Part shown: positions 37,641-48,775 of the stretch, in pieces
How positions within the stretch are numbered: position 1 is the first letter of the stretch
How the letters are laid out: every line of letters starts with the position of its first letter
Virus record (IMG/VR): IMGVR_UViG_3300044972_000796
Source of the DNA: an uncultured virus (IMG/VR IMGVR_UViG_3300044972_000796)
Lineage: Duplodnaviria; Heunggongvirae; Uroviricota; Caudoviricetes
DNA length: 64,000 bases
Direction: 5' to 3' (one strand)
Made by a program: the position numbers and the translations under genes
The notes under the pieces: model-generated
What the model saw: the letters and a program-made list of their open reading frames with translations, nothing else
The model's database searches: none
What the model was told of the DNA's origin: nothing

Positions 37641-38957
37641 ATGAGCGATCCTTGCTACACAGTTATTTCCAGTTTGGAAGATCATCCTAGTCGTTTGAAC
37701 AAAGAAGCTATTATTCTTGCTCAGGCAGAACTGGGCAATGATGAATTCTTCCACGGTTGTCGCCTTGCATTAGATTCCATGATAACTTTTGGTATCAAAC
37801 AAGTAAAGGAAAAGAATGATGAGGATGGCTCTGGCTTATCTTGGGATGATTTTGTTCGTACTATTGATGGTTTCATTAATCGTACAGTCACCGGCAATCT
37901 TGCTCGGGATGTAATTGATGCAATGATAGCACAATCCACTAAAGCAGAGTGGAATGGTTGGTATAGACGCATCCTTATCAAAGATATGCGAGCTGGATTT
38001 AGTGAAAACACAGTAAACAAAGTTGTAGAAAAGAAGTATCCGCAATATGCTATTCCTGTTTTTGGTTGTCAGCTGGCTCATGACAGTGCCAATCACGAGT
38101 CTAAAGTTACAGGCAAGAAATTTATCGAAGTCAAACTTGACGGAGTTCGGGTCATCACTATTGTTTATCCTGATGGCAAGGTGGATCAGTTTAGCCGTAA
38201 CGGTAAAGAACTTGTGAACTTTCCACATGTCAAAGAGCAGTTTGCAAAGATAGCATCTGGACTCACAGAGCCTTGGGTGTTTGACGGTGAAATTATGTCC
38301 AGCAGTTTCCAGGATTTGATGAAGCAGATTCATCGTAAAGGTGATTCTGAAACAGGTGATGCAGTACTTAACTTGTTTGATTGGTTGCCGCTTCATGCAT
38401 TTGAAGCAGAGATTTTTGAACAGCCGCAAGAGTGGCGTAGTGAAGCATTGCAGGCATGGCATTCAGCTGTTAAAGATATGGTTCCTAACATAACTGTACT
38501 GTCAAACGAATTAGTTGATTTAGATACCGATGAAGGTCAGTTGCGTTACAAAGAAATTAATGCAAAAGCAGTGGCAGGGGGTTATGAAGGTATTATGATT
38601 AAGGATCCAGAGGCACAGTATGAATGTAAAAGAAGTGTTGCGTGGCTCAAGCTCAAGCCGTTTATCGAAGTTAGTCTTGAGGTCATCGAAGTGGAAGAAG
38701 GTACTGGAAGAAACATTGGACGTTTGGGTGCATTGGTGTGCGAAGGCGTTGATGATGGTAAATCGATTAAGGTCAATGTGGGTAGCGGCTTTAGTGATAA
38801 TGATCGTGATTCTTTTTGGAATGCAAGTAGTGAAGTCGTTGGACAGATCGTGGAAGTGCGAGCAGACGCAGTTACACAAAATCAAGACGGATCGTACAGC
38901 TTGCGGTTCCCCCGGTACCTTAGATTCAGGGGTTTCAAAGTAGGAGAAAAATTATGA
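37641..38957 (+). CDS. ATP-dependent DNA ligase
   Basis: EVKLDGVR (KxDG), FDGE, EGIMIK, WLKLKP, VGSGF, LRFP. Confidence 0.95.
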   Translation: MSDPCYTVISSLEDHPSRLNKEAIILAQAELGNDEFFHGCRLALDSMITFGIKQVKEKNDEDGSGLSWDDFVRTIDGFINRTVTGNLARDVIDAMIAQSTKAEWNGWYRRILIKDMRAGFSENTVNKVVEKKYPQYAIPVFGCQLAHDSANHESKVTGKKFIEVKLDGVRVITIVYPDGKVDQFSRNGKELVNFPHVKEQFAKIASGLTEPWVFDGEIMSSSFQDLMKQIHRKGDSETGDAVLNLFDWLPLHAFEAEIFEQPQEWRSEALQAWHSAVKDMVPNITVLSNELVDLDTDEGQLRYKEINAKAVAGGYEGIMIKDPEAQYECKRSVAWLKLKPFIEVSLEVIEVEEGTGRNIGRLGALVCEGVDDGKSIKVNVGSGFSDNDRDSFWNASSEVVGQIVEVRADAVTQNQDGSYSLRFPRYLRFRGFKVGEKL

Positions 38958-39154
38958 CAGATATTAGTAGAGTAACAATGCAAAATGCTGAAATCTATAG
39001 GCAGACAGAAGTTAAAAAGTCGGACAAGCGGCATGAAGAACAAATTCAAGATGAACGCAGAATTAAATACAATCGAGAAATTGACGAAGCAAAGAGAATC
39101 GAAATGAATCGACAAATGAATCGTGCAGGACAAAACGTAGATAGGATGGCATAA
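38954..39154 (+). CDS. hypothetical protein
   Basis: AGGAG RBS, coupled. Confidence 0.65.
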   Translation: MTDISRVTMQNAEIYRQTEVKKSDKRHEEQIQDERRIKYNREIDEAKRIEMNRQMNRAGQNVDRMA

Positions 39155-39513
39155 TGAACCCGTTTAGAGATCAAGAAAAATTTATGCGGGCTTGCGACCA
39201 AACAGTTGGTGGCGAGTTTGATGAAAATCAATTTAATTTGTATGTTAGTTTGATTGAAGAAGAAGCAGGCGAACTTGCCGAAGCAATTGCCGCACATGAC
39301 CAAGTAGAAACACTGGATGCTCTTATTGACATCTTGGTTGTTACTATTGGTGCTATTCATAGCATGGGCAGTGATGCCGAAGGTGCTTGGAAAGAAGTAA
39401 TGAGTACAAACTTTGCTAAAATTGGAGAAGATGGTAAAGTTCGTAAGCGAGAAGATGGTAAAGTATTAAAACCAGTAGGTTGGGTTCCACCTAATCTTAC
39501 AAAATTTATTTAA
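39154..39513 (+). CDS. MazG-like NTP pyrophosphohydrolase
   Basis: LIEEEAGEL, DALID, V..TN.AK, REDGKVLKP. Confidence 0.85.
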   Translation: MNPFRDQEKFMRACDQTVGGEFDENQFNLYVSLIEEEAGELAEAIAAHDQVETLDALIDILVVTIGAIHSMGSDAEGAWKEVMSTNFAKIGEDGKVRKREDGKVLKPVGWVPPNLTKFI

Positions 39514-39524
39514 AGGAGAATAGT

Positions 39525-40220
39525 ATGTTTGGTGCAAATTATACAGGCGGTGGCGTACTAAGTTACCGCAGTGCTAGTGAAATTAATTCAGCAATGGGCC
39601 GTGTGTATGGACATATGAGTTTGGCTGTTATTGTGTCAATGTTTGTCAGTTACTTTGTGGGCACTAGTCCGGAGTTGCTGGAATTCTTTTTTACCGGTAT
39701 GCTAAAGTGGATTGTGATCTTTTCTCCGCTAGCGGCAATCTTTGGTGTTAGTATGGTACTGGCCAATAACCCAAGTAAGAGTATAGCACAGTTATGCTTA
39801 CATGGATTTGCGGCATTAATGGGATTGAGTTTTGCCACAATCTTTGCTGTGTTTACTATGGGCAGTATTGTGTCAGCTTTTATGGGCGCGGCCATCTTGT
39901 TTGCAGTAATGAGTGGCTATGGCTATTTTACCAAGCAGAGCCTAGATAGCCTTGGTAAGTTTATGTTTGTAGGATTGATTGCTATTGTTATTGCCAGTAT
40001 TGTTAATATCTTTATTGGCTCAACTATAATGCAAATGGTAATCTCTGCCCTAGCGATCATTATCTTCCTTGGATTGACTGCATACGATACACAGAAGATT
40101 CGAGAAGAAGTTAGTTACGATACCAGCGATGTAGTAGAAATTCGCGGTGCCTTAACTCTTTACATGGACTTTATTAACCTGTTTATTAACTTGTTACAAT
40201 TATTTGGCGATAGAAAATAA
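39525..40220 (+). CDS. Bax inhibitor-1/YccA family membrane protein
   Basis: About 7 TM segments; AYDTQKI, ALTLYMDFINLF. Confidence 0.92.
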   Translation: MFGANYTGGGVLSYRSASEINSAMGRVYGHMSLAVIVSMFVSYFVGTSPELLEFFFTGMLKWIVIFSPLAAIFGVSMVLANNPSKSIAQLCLHGFAALMGLSFATIFAVFTMGSIVSAFMGAAILFAVMSGYGYFTKQSLDSLGKFMFVGLIAIVIASIVNIFIGSTIMQMVISALAIIIFLGLTAYDTQKIREEVSYDTSDVVEIRGALTLYMDFINLFINLLQLFGDRK

Positions 40221-40221
40221 A

Positions 40222-41070
40222 ATGGCACAACACATCAACTACTGGAGTTGTACTCCTTTTGCAGACTGGCTTCGCGGCACTAAAAAATTGAGTGCGGGCA
40301 CAGCAGAAGAATGGGACGACTGGACTACTGCGGCCCAAATAAAGCACAACTTTCGTTATTGGTTAGCAGAAGAAGCACTTGGACACATCCAGGATTTTGT
40401 CACATGGCCCATAAGGACTCTTTATGATATCAAGTACTACATTAACAACCGTTGGGTTACTCGCACTCATAGTCTTACCGCTCATCCCCGGGATATTAAG
40501 CCGGGTCAATGGCGGGATGTGGGGAACCGCTTTTTGCCTTGCCTATTCAATGAGCTGGTTGATTTTGTTGAGATAGAATCAGCTTGGAGTCACATTGCCT
40601 GGGGCGATGAAAAAGACCGTGCCAAGTATGATCCTCCTTTCTGGGCCAGTGGATGGTTTCGATGGAGAACCTGGCGTTGTCCACAGGCAGGCATAGACCA
40701 TTTGGATTGGGCCATGACCTTGACCATGGGATCAGACTGGGGCATAGAAGAAACTGATCCCAACCACGGCAAGCCCACAGGTCAAGCAGAACGTGCTCGA
40801 GAAATCAAAGAGCTTTACACATGGTGGACTGTGACCTATCCAAATCGCCCTGATCCATACGAAGCCAGTGGGTGGACTGAATATTGCGAAGCGGCCCGTG
40901 TAGCCAATGGTGGCAAGATGAGCTGGTTGGGTAAAGATAAAACTCCCGAACTTGAAGCCATGAGCGATAAGTCTCATGTCTTGCTACAGGAAATAGAAGC
41001 GGCTTACGAAGCAGAGGATGAAGCAATGATGATTCGTTTAATCAAGGCTCGCGATAGCCTATGGACTTAA
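40222..41070 (+). CDS. hypothetical protein (Trp-rich)
   Basis: Long ORF in operon. Confidence 0.75.
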   Translation: MAQHINYWSCTPFADWLRGTKKLSAGTAEEWDDWTTAAQIKHNFRYWLAEEALGHIQDFVTWPIRTLYDIKYYINNRWVTRTHSLTAHPRDIKPGQWRDVGNRFLPCLFNELVDFVEIESAWSHIAWGDEKDRAKYDPPFWASGWFRWRTWRCPQAGIDHLDWAMTLTMGSDWGIEETDPNHGKPTGQAERAREIKELYTWWTVTYPNRPDPYEASGWTEYCEAARVANGGKMSWLGKDKTPELEAMSDKSHVLLQEIEAAYEAEDEAMMIRLIKARDSLWT

Positions 41071-42194
41071 CACCAATACTATTATATATAGACGACTCTA
41101 ATCAAAAGGGTGATTGGTCAACTATCTTAAAAGATGTATCATTTTTTAAACTAGTGGATAAAATTCCGAACACTAAGTTTATCTATCCAATTTTTTTCCC
41201 GCTTGATAGTAAATCTATCTCTGATGTAACAATACCAAATATAATTTTAAATTCTATCAATCAAGGCAATTGTTTAATATTAATATCCCATTATCATGAA
41301 GCTGAGAATTGGGAGCATTACGAATATCAAATATCTCATATTCAATACTCGCATGATTTACCAGATGACAAAATTATTTTTCTTACTGGAAATGTAGCAA
41401 GATCTCTAAAATATAAATCTGTATTTTGTAATTCTTGGGAACCTGCTAGTTTTAATAACAACTTTATCAAAGAACGACGAGTTGCAACTGAATATATTTT
41501 TAAAGAAGAAATTAGGCCGTATAAATTTATTTGTTTAAATCGAAGAAGCCGCTATCATAGATTTGCATTAGTTGCCGGATTATATCCGTATAGAGATCAA
41601 GGATTACTTAGTTTTTTTTATCAAGGACTCCACTGGCAAGAAGATGATAAATTAAAATTCATCAAATACTATCCAAAATATAATACACAATGGAATGCAC
41701 TTGGACTTGAACACAGTATACCGTTGAAATTGCCTATTGAATTAGATCACACCGGTGATAGTGCATTGTCTATAATTGACAAAAGTGTTGATAAATTTTA
41801 TCAAAGTTATTTACATATCATAAGCGAAACTCATGTTAGTCATACATTTTTTACAGAAAAAACATATAAGCCTATAAAATGTTTTCAACCATTTGTTATG
41901 ATAAATGGACAATACAGTTTGCAACATTTTAGAGAATTGGGTTATCAGACTTTTGCCGGGTACATTGATGAAAGTTATGACCTCGAACCCGATAACGAAC
42001 GTCGAATTGAACTGGCAATTCAATCCAGTTTAGATTTTATAAATCGTACAGATCTTCATGAAGTAATGAAAGAAATGTATCCTATATTTGAACACAACCA
42101 CAATATCTTTATCAAGAGGTGCTGGAATTTTCAAGACACCTTACACAGCGACATAAGTAAAATACTATACGCACAGGACGACAATGCCAATTAA
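41061..42194 (+). CDS. glycosyltransferase-like hypothetical protein
   Basis: CLNR...HR, ISET, FTEKTYKPI, LGYQTF..DESYD. Confidence 0.5.
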   Translation: MDLTPILLYIDDSNQKGDWSTILKDVSFFKLVDKIPNTKFIYPIFFPLDSKSISDVTIPNIILNSINQGNCLILISHYHEAENWEHYEYQISHIQYSHDLPDDKIIFLTGNVARSLKYKSVFCNSWEPASFNNNFIKERRVATEYIFKEEIRPYKFICLNRRSRYHRFALVAGLYPYRDQGLLSFFYQGLHWQEDDKLKFIKYYPKYNTQWNALGLEHSIPLKLPIELDHTGDSALSIIDKSVDKFYQSYLHIISETHVSHTFFTEKTYKPIKCFQPFVMINGQYSLQHFRELGYQTFAGYIDESYDLEPDNERRIELAIQSSLDFINRTDLHEVMKEMYPIFEHNHNIFIKRCWNFQDTLHSDISKILYAQDDNAN

Positions 42195-43476
42195 AATTAA
42201 AGACATAAGCGAATTTAGAAAAACAGTGTGTGCTGTGCCGTGGATGCATCTTGCATTTGAACCTAGCGGTAAAGTAATTCCCTGTTGTTTAACAAGTACA
42301 CACGACTATTTTGCTGGCGATCTAAATACGCAATCCATCGAAGAGATTTGGAACAGTGACAACATGAAATCTATTCGCAAAGACATGATTGAAGGTGTTG
42401 AGCCTAAAATTTGTAACAAATGTTTTGATCAAGAACGTGTTACTGGTGAAAGCGGACGAGTACATCATGCTAGAGATTTTGCAAACGTTCTAAGAGAAAT
42501 TCCAAAAATTACAGAGCCCGACGGTACTTGTACCACAATGGAGTTGAAATATTGGGATTTCCGTTTCAGTAATCTTTGTAATTTTAAATGTCGTAGCTGT
42601 GGGCCACGTTACAGTTCAACCTGGGTGCCTGATGCTAAAAAGTTAGGCTGGATTGATGAACAGGATAAAGTATGGAATATTGAATCAGTAGATAATCTTA
42701 CAAATTTTGATTTCTTAAACGAGCAAGTTAAACATGTAGAGAAAATTTACTTTGCAGGCGGTGAGCCTCTAATGATGCCCGAGCACTGGCAAATTTTAGA
42801 CATGCTGGTTAAAAATAAAAGATTTGATGTTCGTATTTCATATAATACAAATGCATCGATTTTATCGTACGGTAAAAAACAAGTACTCGATTACTGGCAA
42901 CAGTGGGAGCAAGGTAAAATTGAAGTTTGGCCCAGTATTGATGAAATAGGCGATCGTGCTGAACTTATTCGTGCGGGTACAGTGTGGAGTAAAGTAGAAG
43001 AAAATCTCAAAGCAATGTCAACTTTGAACAATATCATTGTAAGGCCGGGCATGACTATTGGTGCATGGAATGTATTTAGATTACCAGAAATCATTACACA
43101 TCTAGTTAATATTGGTGTAATCAAAGCCAGACCAGAGTTTGGAATCAACTACGATAACTTTTTTATCAATATGCTTATTGACCCCAAGCACTATCATGTG
43201 CGTATATTGCCCGATGATTTTAAGAAAAGGATAATTGAAAAATTAGAAAACTTTGTTCTTGAATTTAACGCCAAATACAACACAAATATTACAAATAGGT
43301 TTTCATACATACTGCACGAGCTCGAAGCACCGTTTGATAAAGACGCCGCAAAAGACTTTGTAGAGATTACTAGAAAGCTAGATCATGTGAGGAACGAAAA
43401 TACATTTGTCACAATTCCCGAAATGAATAAAGTTAAAACTTCATTATTTAAAACAGAAATTACTCAAGAGGTATAG
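42184..43476 (+). CDS. radical SAM protein (twitch domain)
   Basis: CAVPW, PCC, CNKC, CNFKCRSC, FAGGEP. Confidence 0.9.
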   Translation: MPIKIKDISEFRKTVCAVPWMHLAFEPSGKVIPCCLTSTHDYFAGDLNTQSIEEIWNSDNMKSIRKDMIEGVEPKICNKCFDQERVTGESGRVHHARDFANVLREIPKITEPDGTCTTMELKYWDFRFSNLCNFKCRSCGPRYSSTWVPDAKKLGWIDEQDKVWNIESVDNLTNFDFLNEQVKHVEKIYFAGGEPLMMPEHWQILDMLVKNKRFDVRISYNTNASILSYGKKQVLDYWQQWEQGKIEVWPSIDEIGDRAELIRAGTVWSKVEENLKAMSTLNNIIVRPGMTIGAWNVFRLPEIITHLVNIGVIKARPEFGINYDNFFINMLIDPKHYHVRILPDDFKKRIIEKLENFVLEFNAKYNTNITNRFSYILHELEAPFDKDAAKDFVEITRKLDHVRNENTFVTIPEMNKVKTSLFKTEITQEV

Positions 43477-43479
43477 TAT

Positions 43480-44751
43480 ATGGATATTTGGAATGAAAAG
43501 AAGATTTTAGAAATCATATGTGAAAACAGCGATACCAAGGAACAACTAAGACTATACTACGGAATAACATCTACCACAGTTGCTGATCGATGGATTGAAT
43601 TAATTAATAAAAATAATAAAGTTAAAAATAAAATAAAATCTAATTATAGAAAGATACTTAGTTTTAAAGAAGTTCAAAAACAGTTTGTAGAATTTCAAGA
43701 AAACATTAAATTTATTAATTCAACAGAGTATGATGTTAAATTGCCAGACATAGTCAGTGTCAATCATCTTAGAATAAATGCAGGATTACTAAATGATCTA
43801 CATGAGCAATTTGAAGTTTATGGTGACTACCTAGAGGCATATTTTAAGAAAAATATCAATCTTTCCGAAATTAATTTATGTATTGGAAAAATCAATAACT
43901 TTTACGATATAAAATTGAAACCTTTATATAAAGTAGATAACACAGAAATTGATAATTTGCATAATGAATACTTGAATTATCTTGCTCGAGTTCAAGAAAA
44001 AATAGATAGCAATTGGTGGGATGAAGCTTATCTAAAAATAGAAGATACTGATCCATTGGCTATGAAGTGGCCCGGCATAAATTTTAACGAAGATATCCAC
44101 GGGGCGTTTATTAAATTAGGAAAACTAATTGAACCAGACCATGATATGTTTTTGCATGAAGCATTTTTGAGATTAAACGAACAGATACACAATTTTGAAG
44201 CGATTTTTCGAACCTGGGATAACACTGACAAATCTATATGCACCTGTTTGGTTGATTTTATGCCTAACAAACCTCTAGAAGAAATAGTGCCATCGGACTA
44301 CTTACACGAACAATTAAATCCAGAAGATTTTATTTTATTCACTCCTGAGCATAAATGGGGGTGGGTTTACTTAGGATATAACACTCTAGGAAAACATTGG
44401 TCCAGTGCATGTCATGACGAAGATGTAGAAGTTGTTAAGAGAAAACAAATACGTCCACAACAAAGATTTGCGGCTGAAATGTATATGAATTTTCGTCCAA
44501 GCACTTCTTATTATCCGTGTATTGCGTTACACAAGTGGTGGACAACAAATAATTTTTCAGAGTTTATTGATCCTGAATTGAGATTACGTGACTTGGCGCT
44601 GGGATTCATCCCGGTTGCTCATCTTCAAGGATATGCTTTAAACAAAGATCCAATAATTAATTCTAACACTATTACGGATCAGGAGTCTTGGAATCTCAAT
44701 GTGTGGAGTAAATTTAACAGTATTAAAAGTGCCAAGGTTATTAAAAAATGA
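43480..44751 (+). CDS. hypothetical protein
   Basis: LNDLHEQF, LNEQIHNFE, LGYNTLGK. Confidence 0.75.
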   Translation: MDIWNEKKILEIICENSDTKEQLRLYYGITSTTVADRWIELINKNNKVKNKIKSNYRKILSFKEVQKQFVEFQENIKFINSTEYDVKLPDIVSVNHLRINAGLLNDLHEQFEVYGDYLEAYFKKNINLSEINLCIGKINNFYDIKLKPLYKVDNTEIDNLHNEYLNYLARVQEKIDSNWWDEAYLKIEDTDPLAMKWPGINFNEDIHGAFIKLGKLIEPDHDMFLHEAFLRLNEQIHNFEAIFRTWDNTDKSICTCLVDFMPNKPLEEIVPSDYLHEQLNPEDFILFTPEHKWGWVYLGYNTLGKHWSSACHDEDVEVVKRKQIRPQQRFAAEMYMNFRPSTSYYPCIALHKWWTTNNFSEFIDPELRLRDLALGFIPVAHLQGYALNKDPIINSNTITDQESWNLNVWSKFNSIKSAKVIKK

Positions 44752-45410
44752 AAAACTTTCCAGAAGAATTACTAGAATTTTACAATAACAACAAATCTTT
44801 TACCAACACTGTACATGACTCATACGCTGAATCGTTCAATGATATAGATTGTGTTTATTACCCTATCAATTTTAATTTTGATACAACTGCATTATTAGAA
44901 GAATGTCAATCAGTTGATGATCTTTACTTTAATCATCGTGGCCAAGATAAGAAAAAAGGGTATGGCCACACCGGGTGGCAGAGTCTAACCTTACACGGCA
45001 TTGACAAACACAAAACTGAACATTACACCAAGTACGGATTTACTAATTTAAAAGAAGCAAACTATCAATGGACTGATGCATGTGACCGTGTTCCTAAGTT
45101 ATCTAAATTTTTACAGTCCTTACCTTATAAACTATTTGATCGTGTGCGCATAATGCGATTGGCTCCGGGCGGTTATATTATGCCACATACAGATGGGCCT
45201 GGTAGAATTTTTAGTCCATTAAACATAGCTATAAATAATCCAGAAGGATGCGAGTTTGTGTTTAAAAACAAAGGCGTGGTCCCATTCAAACCAGGCTATG
45301 GCATGGTCATTGACGTGGCAAACGAGCACATTGTATTAAACAACAGCGATGAGCCTAGATATCATATAATAGTGCATGGACATTACTCGGAAGATTTTTT
45401 TAAATTATGA
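44748..45410 (+). CDS. Asp/Asn beta-hydroxylase-like 2OG-Fe(II) oxygenase
   Basis: RVRIMRLAPGGYIMPHTD ... H.V.N...RYHII. Confidence 0.85.
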   Translation: MKNFPEELLEFYNNNKSFTNTVHDSYAESFNDIDCVYYPINFNFDTTALLEECQSVDDLYFNHRGQDKKKGYGHTGWQSLTLHGIDKHKTEHYTKYGFTNLKEANYQWTDACDRVPKLSKFLQSLPYKLFDRVRIMRLAPGGYIMPHTDGPGRIFSPLNIAINNPEGCEFVFKNKGVVPFKPGYGMVIDVANEHIVLNNSDEPRYHIIVHGHYSEDFFKL

Positions 45411-46813
45411 CCACTGAAACCGTTTTTACTAAGCTGACAATTGATAAAACATATCTAAGAAATAAAAATATCATGTATGCAATTGTCGATCAAGACAATA
45501 TCAAAAATAAACATCCTCAATTGTTTAAAAGAATGTACGACATGACGTACAGTTTTACTTTTAGGATGAGTTCTTCTACATTAAAAGGTACTGTACGATA
45601 TTTTAATAACATAGATCAATGCATGGAGCAAAGCCATGAATATGATATTGTTGTAATTCAAAATATAGGAAATTTTATTAGAATTAACAAATTTTACGAA
45701 GTGCTAGATAACTACGGAACTAAAAATCCTGATTTCTTTTTAATGGCATTTACACTTGACTGGGAATCAGAAAAACGCAAAGGATGGGTAGAGATTCACA
45801 ATCAAATGATGATTGTGAATGTAGCATCGTGGAAAAAATTAGGAAGTCCAATATTCGGTGATTGGGAAGAAGTAACAGAAGAATTACCCAACTACACAAG
45901 ATCAGAAGAAAACTTCCACGACAATTACACCCCATTCTGGGTGCAAGGTATTGATGGATCAGACGTTAAAACAAGAAGTTACCCTGGTTGGGGATGGCTA
46001 AAAGCTGCATTCTCTAAAGGAATTAGAATAGATAACTTTCCTCAGGAAATGAGAGATTGCCGACTCTATGTGTATCCTGTGCATGAAAGTGAATTGTTTT
46101 ATAATGCACTACAGACTAACAACACAGCTGAGCTAACTAATCCCAATCAAAAAAAATTAATAGACAGATGGTTTAATCCTAACCCACAAATTTGGATTTT
46201 TAATAGTGAATCATATCAGTTTGGTGTACCAACGATTGGCAGCGACATATACTTCGGGCCAGCAGCTGGTTTTAAATATCTCGATATGTTAGAAAAGTCT
46301 CCTGATATTAAATTTATATTTTACGATTTCAATAAAGAAAGTATTGAATGGTTAAAGATGCTAAAAACTTCATGGGATGGAAATGATTTAAAACAGTTTT
46401 TAATGAAAAAACCTATTGAATTAAAAAGGATGTATAAATTCATCAATGCAGATATGGATACCAATATTAAAATATTACATGATGCATACGGAGGTGAGGA
46501 GAAATTTAAAAAACTTTGGAATAAATTTAGGTCGTCTAACGCTGAATTTGTAGTAGTTGATTTATTTAATAAAGAACAATTTAAAAATCTATTAGAACTA
46601 GGTAATGGTGCAACAAGACCATTTTTTTATTATAGTAATATCTTTGCAACAGATTTTACAAGCATGAAATTTAGCTTAGAGGATTTAGATAATGAATTTA
46701 ACAACTTTTTAAACTCTATAGAAACACGTTATCCAAAAGCAACTACATTCGGAAGCAATAGTTTAGGCAAATGGATTTATAAACGCTCAGGTCGAGAAAT
46801 GGTAAAACTATGA
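45407..46813 (+). CDS. hypothetical protein
   Basis: 468 aa ORF; possible GT-like N-terminus and Rossmann-like C-terminus. Confidence 0.7.
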   Translation: MTTETVFTKLTIDKTYLRNKNIMYAIVDQDNIKNKHPQLFKRMYDMTYSFTFRMSSSTLKGTVRYFNNIDQCMEQSHEYDIVVIQNIGNFIRINKFYEVLDNYGTKNPDFFLMAFTLDWESEKRKGWVEIHNQMMIVNVASWKKLGSPIFGDWEEVTEELPNYTRSEENFHDNYTPFWVQGIDGSDVKTRSYPGWGWLKAAFSKGIRIDNFPQEMRDCRLYVYPVHESELFYNALQTNNTAELTNPNQKKLIDRWFNPNPQIWIFNSESYQFGVPTIGSDIYFGPAAGFKYLDMLEKSPDIKFIFYDFNKESIEWLKMLKTSWDGNDLKQFLMKKPIELKRMYKFINADMDTNIKILHDAYGGEEKFKKLWNKFRSSNAEFVVVDLFNKEQFKNLLELGNGATRPFFYYSNIFATDFTSMKFSLEDLDNEFNNFLNSIETRYPKATTFGSNSLGKWIYKRSGREMVKL

Positions 46814-47244
46814 AAATAATTAAAAAACCTTGGGGACAAGAACTTTGGATAGCAGATGGTACTACAACTCCGTATGCTAGTAAGCGTATTTTATTTAAAG
46901 CAGGTAACAGAACCAGCTTGCAAGTGCATGAGTATAAAATTGAAACAAATTATGTATTGAGCGGTACAGGTGTTCTACATCGCAGTCTGGAACCACTAGA
47001 TATTAAACAATTCCTTGAGTCTGGCATGACCAGCAGAGAAGTTGAGCAATACGAATACACATTTGAACGGATTGAACTCACAGCAGGCGTAGTGTTCAAT
47101 GTACAGCCAGGATATGTACATAGAGTAATTGCCACTACTGACTTAGAATTCATGGAAACTAGTACTACTGAGCTAGACGATGTTATACGTTTACAAGATG
47201 ATGCTGGTAGGACTCATGGAAGAATAAGTCACGAACATGAATAA
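46810..47244 (+). CDS. cupin (mannose-6-phosphate isomerase-like)
   Basis: KPWG.E, SLQVH..K.ET, PGYVHR, E.ST..LDD..R. Confidence 0.85.
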   Translation: MKIIKKPWGQELWIADGTTTPYASKRILFKAGNRTSLQVHEYKIETNYVLSGTGVLHRSLEPLDIKQFLESGMTSREVEQYEYTFERIELTAGVVFNVQPGYVHRVIATTDLEFMETSTTELDDVIRLQDDAGRTHGRISHEHE

Positions 47245-48775
47245 ACACACTGTAATTATTCCCACTGCTGGATTAGGTAGTAGGATGGGAAATTATACCA
47301 AACATCTTAACAAGGCACTGCTCCCGTACAAGGATAAACCAGTTCTAGCACATATTATAGACAACTTTCCCCATAACACTAGATTTGTTATACCTGTTGG
47401 TTATTTAAAAGAACAAATTATAGATTTTTGTAACTCGGCATATAGTGATAAGCATATTGAATTTGTAGAAATTGATGATTGGACTAGTGATAAGTCTGGT
47501 ACAGGTGTTACTTTGCTACAATGCAAAGATTTAATTAACAGTGAATTTTGGTACGTACCTTGCGATACTTATTTTAATCAGACAGTAATAGACAAAGTTA
47601 GAAATAAAGACTGCTATTTTGTTAATACAGTACCTGAACAAGATACTCATCTGTATACCATGTTTGACCAAAATAACAGTTTTGTTATACATGACATTAA
47701 ATTTAAAAAATCAACGCCAGCAACGTGGCGGGCATTTACCGGACTGATGTATATAGCTGACTATACTACATTCTTTGCAGACTTGAAACAAAGTAATAGT
47801 AATGAATTTATTGGCATAATTAAATTAGGCAGTGACACTGCTACGTTAACCACATGGTTGGACTTTGGTAGCCCGACAATATATCAAACTGAATTAAGCA
47901 AAAGTCAAAAGTTTGATTTTACTAAGAAAGACGAAGTTACATATATCTGTAATAATCGTGTGGTTAAATGGTGGCTAGATCCCACAGTTGCTAAAAAGAA
48001 ATACGACAAAGTTCTGGCAAATCCCCATGTATTTCCTGCCAACTGTAAACACAGCGGAAATTATATGGCATATAATTTCTTTCCCGGAAAAACGCTCTAC
48101 GAGTTTAATAACCCAGTGGCATTTGGTGAATTACTTAATTGGTTAGAAACCAATGTGTGGAAGGAATGTGACGCAGATATTTACAATGCCAGTATTGAAT
48201 TTTACAAAACAAAAAGTCTTGTACGTATTAATAAGTTTTTAGAAAAGTACCCGAATTTAAAACCTATTACAAATGTTGATGGAGTCAATGTTAAAGATTA
48301 CACTTATTATCTTGACAAAATAGATTGGGAATACTTTGCTCAAGTAACTCGTCCTGGGTTCATACACGGTGATCTACAATTTGACAACATTGTAATCAGT
48401 GATAGTGGCGAATTTAAGATTATAGACTGGCGTCATGAGTTTGCTGGCCTAGTTGAGTACGGTGACATATATTATGATTTAGCTAAAATGGCCGGTGGTC
48501 TCATTATCAATTATGCCAACATTAAGAAACATAACTTTAACATAGAGATAGATAATGGTTCAGTGACGTTGAGTATTCCAAATGTTGATCATATTACAGT
48601 ATATCAGGAACGTTTAAAGAAATATATTTTAGATAACAACCTAGATTATAATAAAGTACAACAATTAGTACCAATAATCTTTTGGAACATGAGTCCACTA
48701 CATACTGCTCCATTTGATTTATTCCTTTGGTACTTGGGGATAAAGTTATTCCAAGAATTAGAAAATGCACAATAA
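47237..48775 (+). CDS. nucleotidyltransferase fused to an APH/choline kinase-like domain
   Basis: TAGLGSRM...NKAL N-terminal; HGDLQFDNI, IIDWR, YDLAK C-terminal. Confidence 0.85.
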   Translation: MNKHTVIIPTAGLGSRMGNYTKHLNKALLPYKDKPVLAHIIDNFPHNTRFVIPVGYLKEQIIDFCNSAYSDKHIEFVEIDDWTSDKSGTGVTLLQCKDLINSEFWYVPCDTYFNQTVIDKVRNKDCYFVNTVPEQDTHLYTMFDQNNSFVIHDIKFKKSTPATWRAFTGLMYIADYTTFFADLKQSNSNEFIGIIKLGSDTATLTTWLDFGSPTIYQTELSKSQKFDFTKKDEVTYICNNRVVKWWLDPTVAKKKYDKVLANPHVFPANCKHSGNYMAYNFFPGKTLYEFNNPVAFGELLNWLETNVWKECDADIYNASIEFYKTKSLVRINKFLEKYPNLKPITNVDGVNVKDYTYYLDKIDWEYFAQVTRPGFIHGDLQFDNIVISDSGEFKIIDWRHEFAGLVEYGDIYYDLAKMAGGLIINYANIKKHNFNIEIDNGSVTLSIPNVDHITVYQERLKKYILDNNLDYNKVQQLVPIIFWNMSPLHTAPFDLFLWYLGIKLFQELENAQ

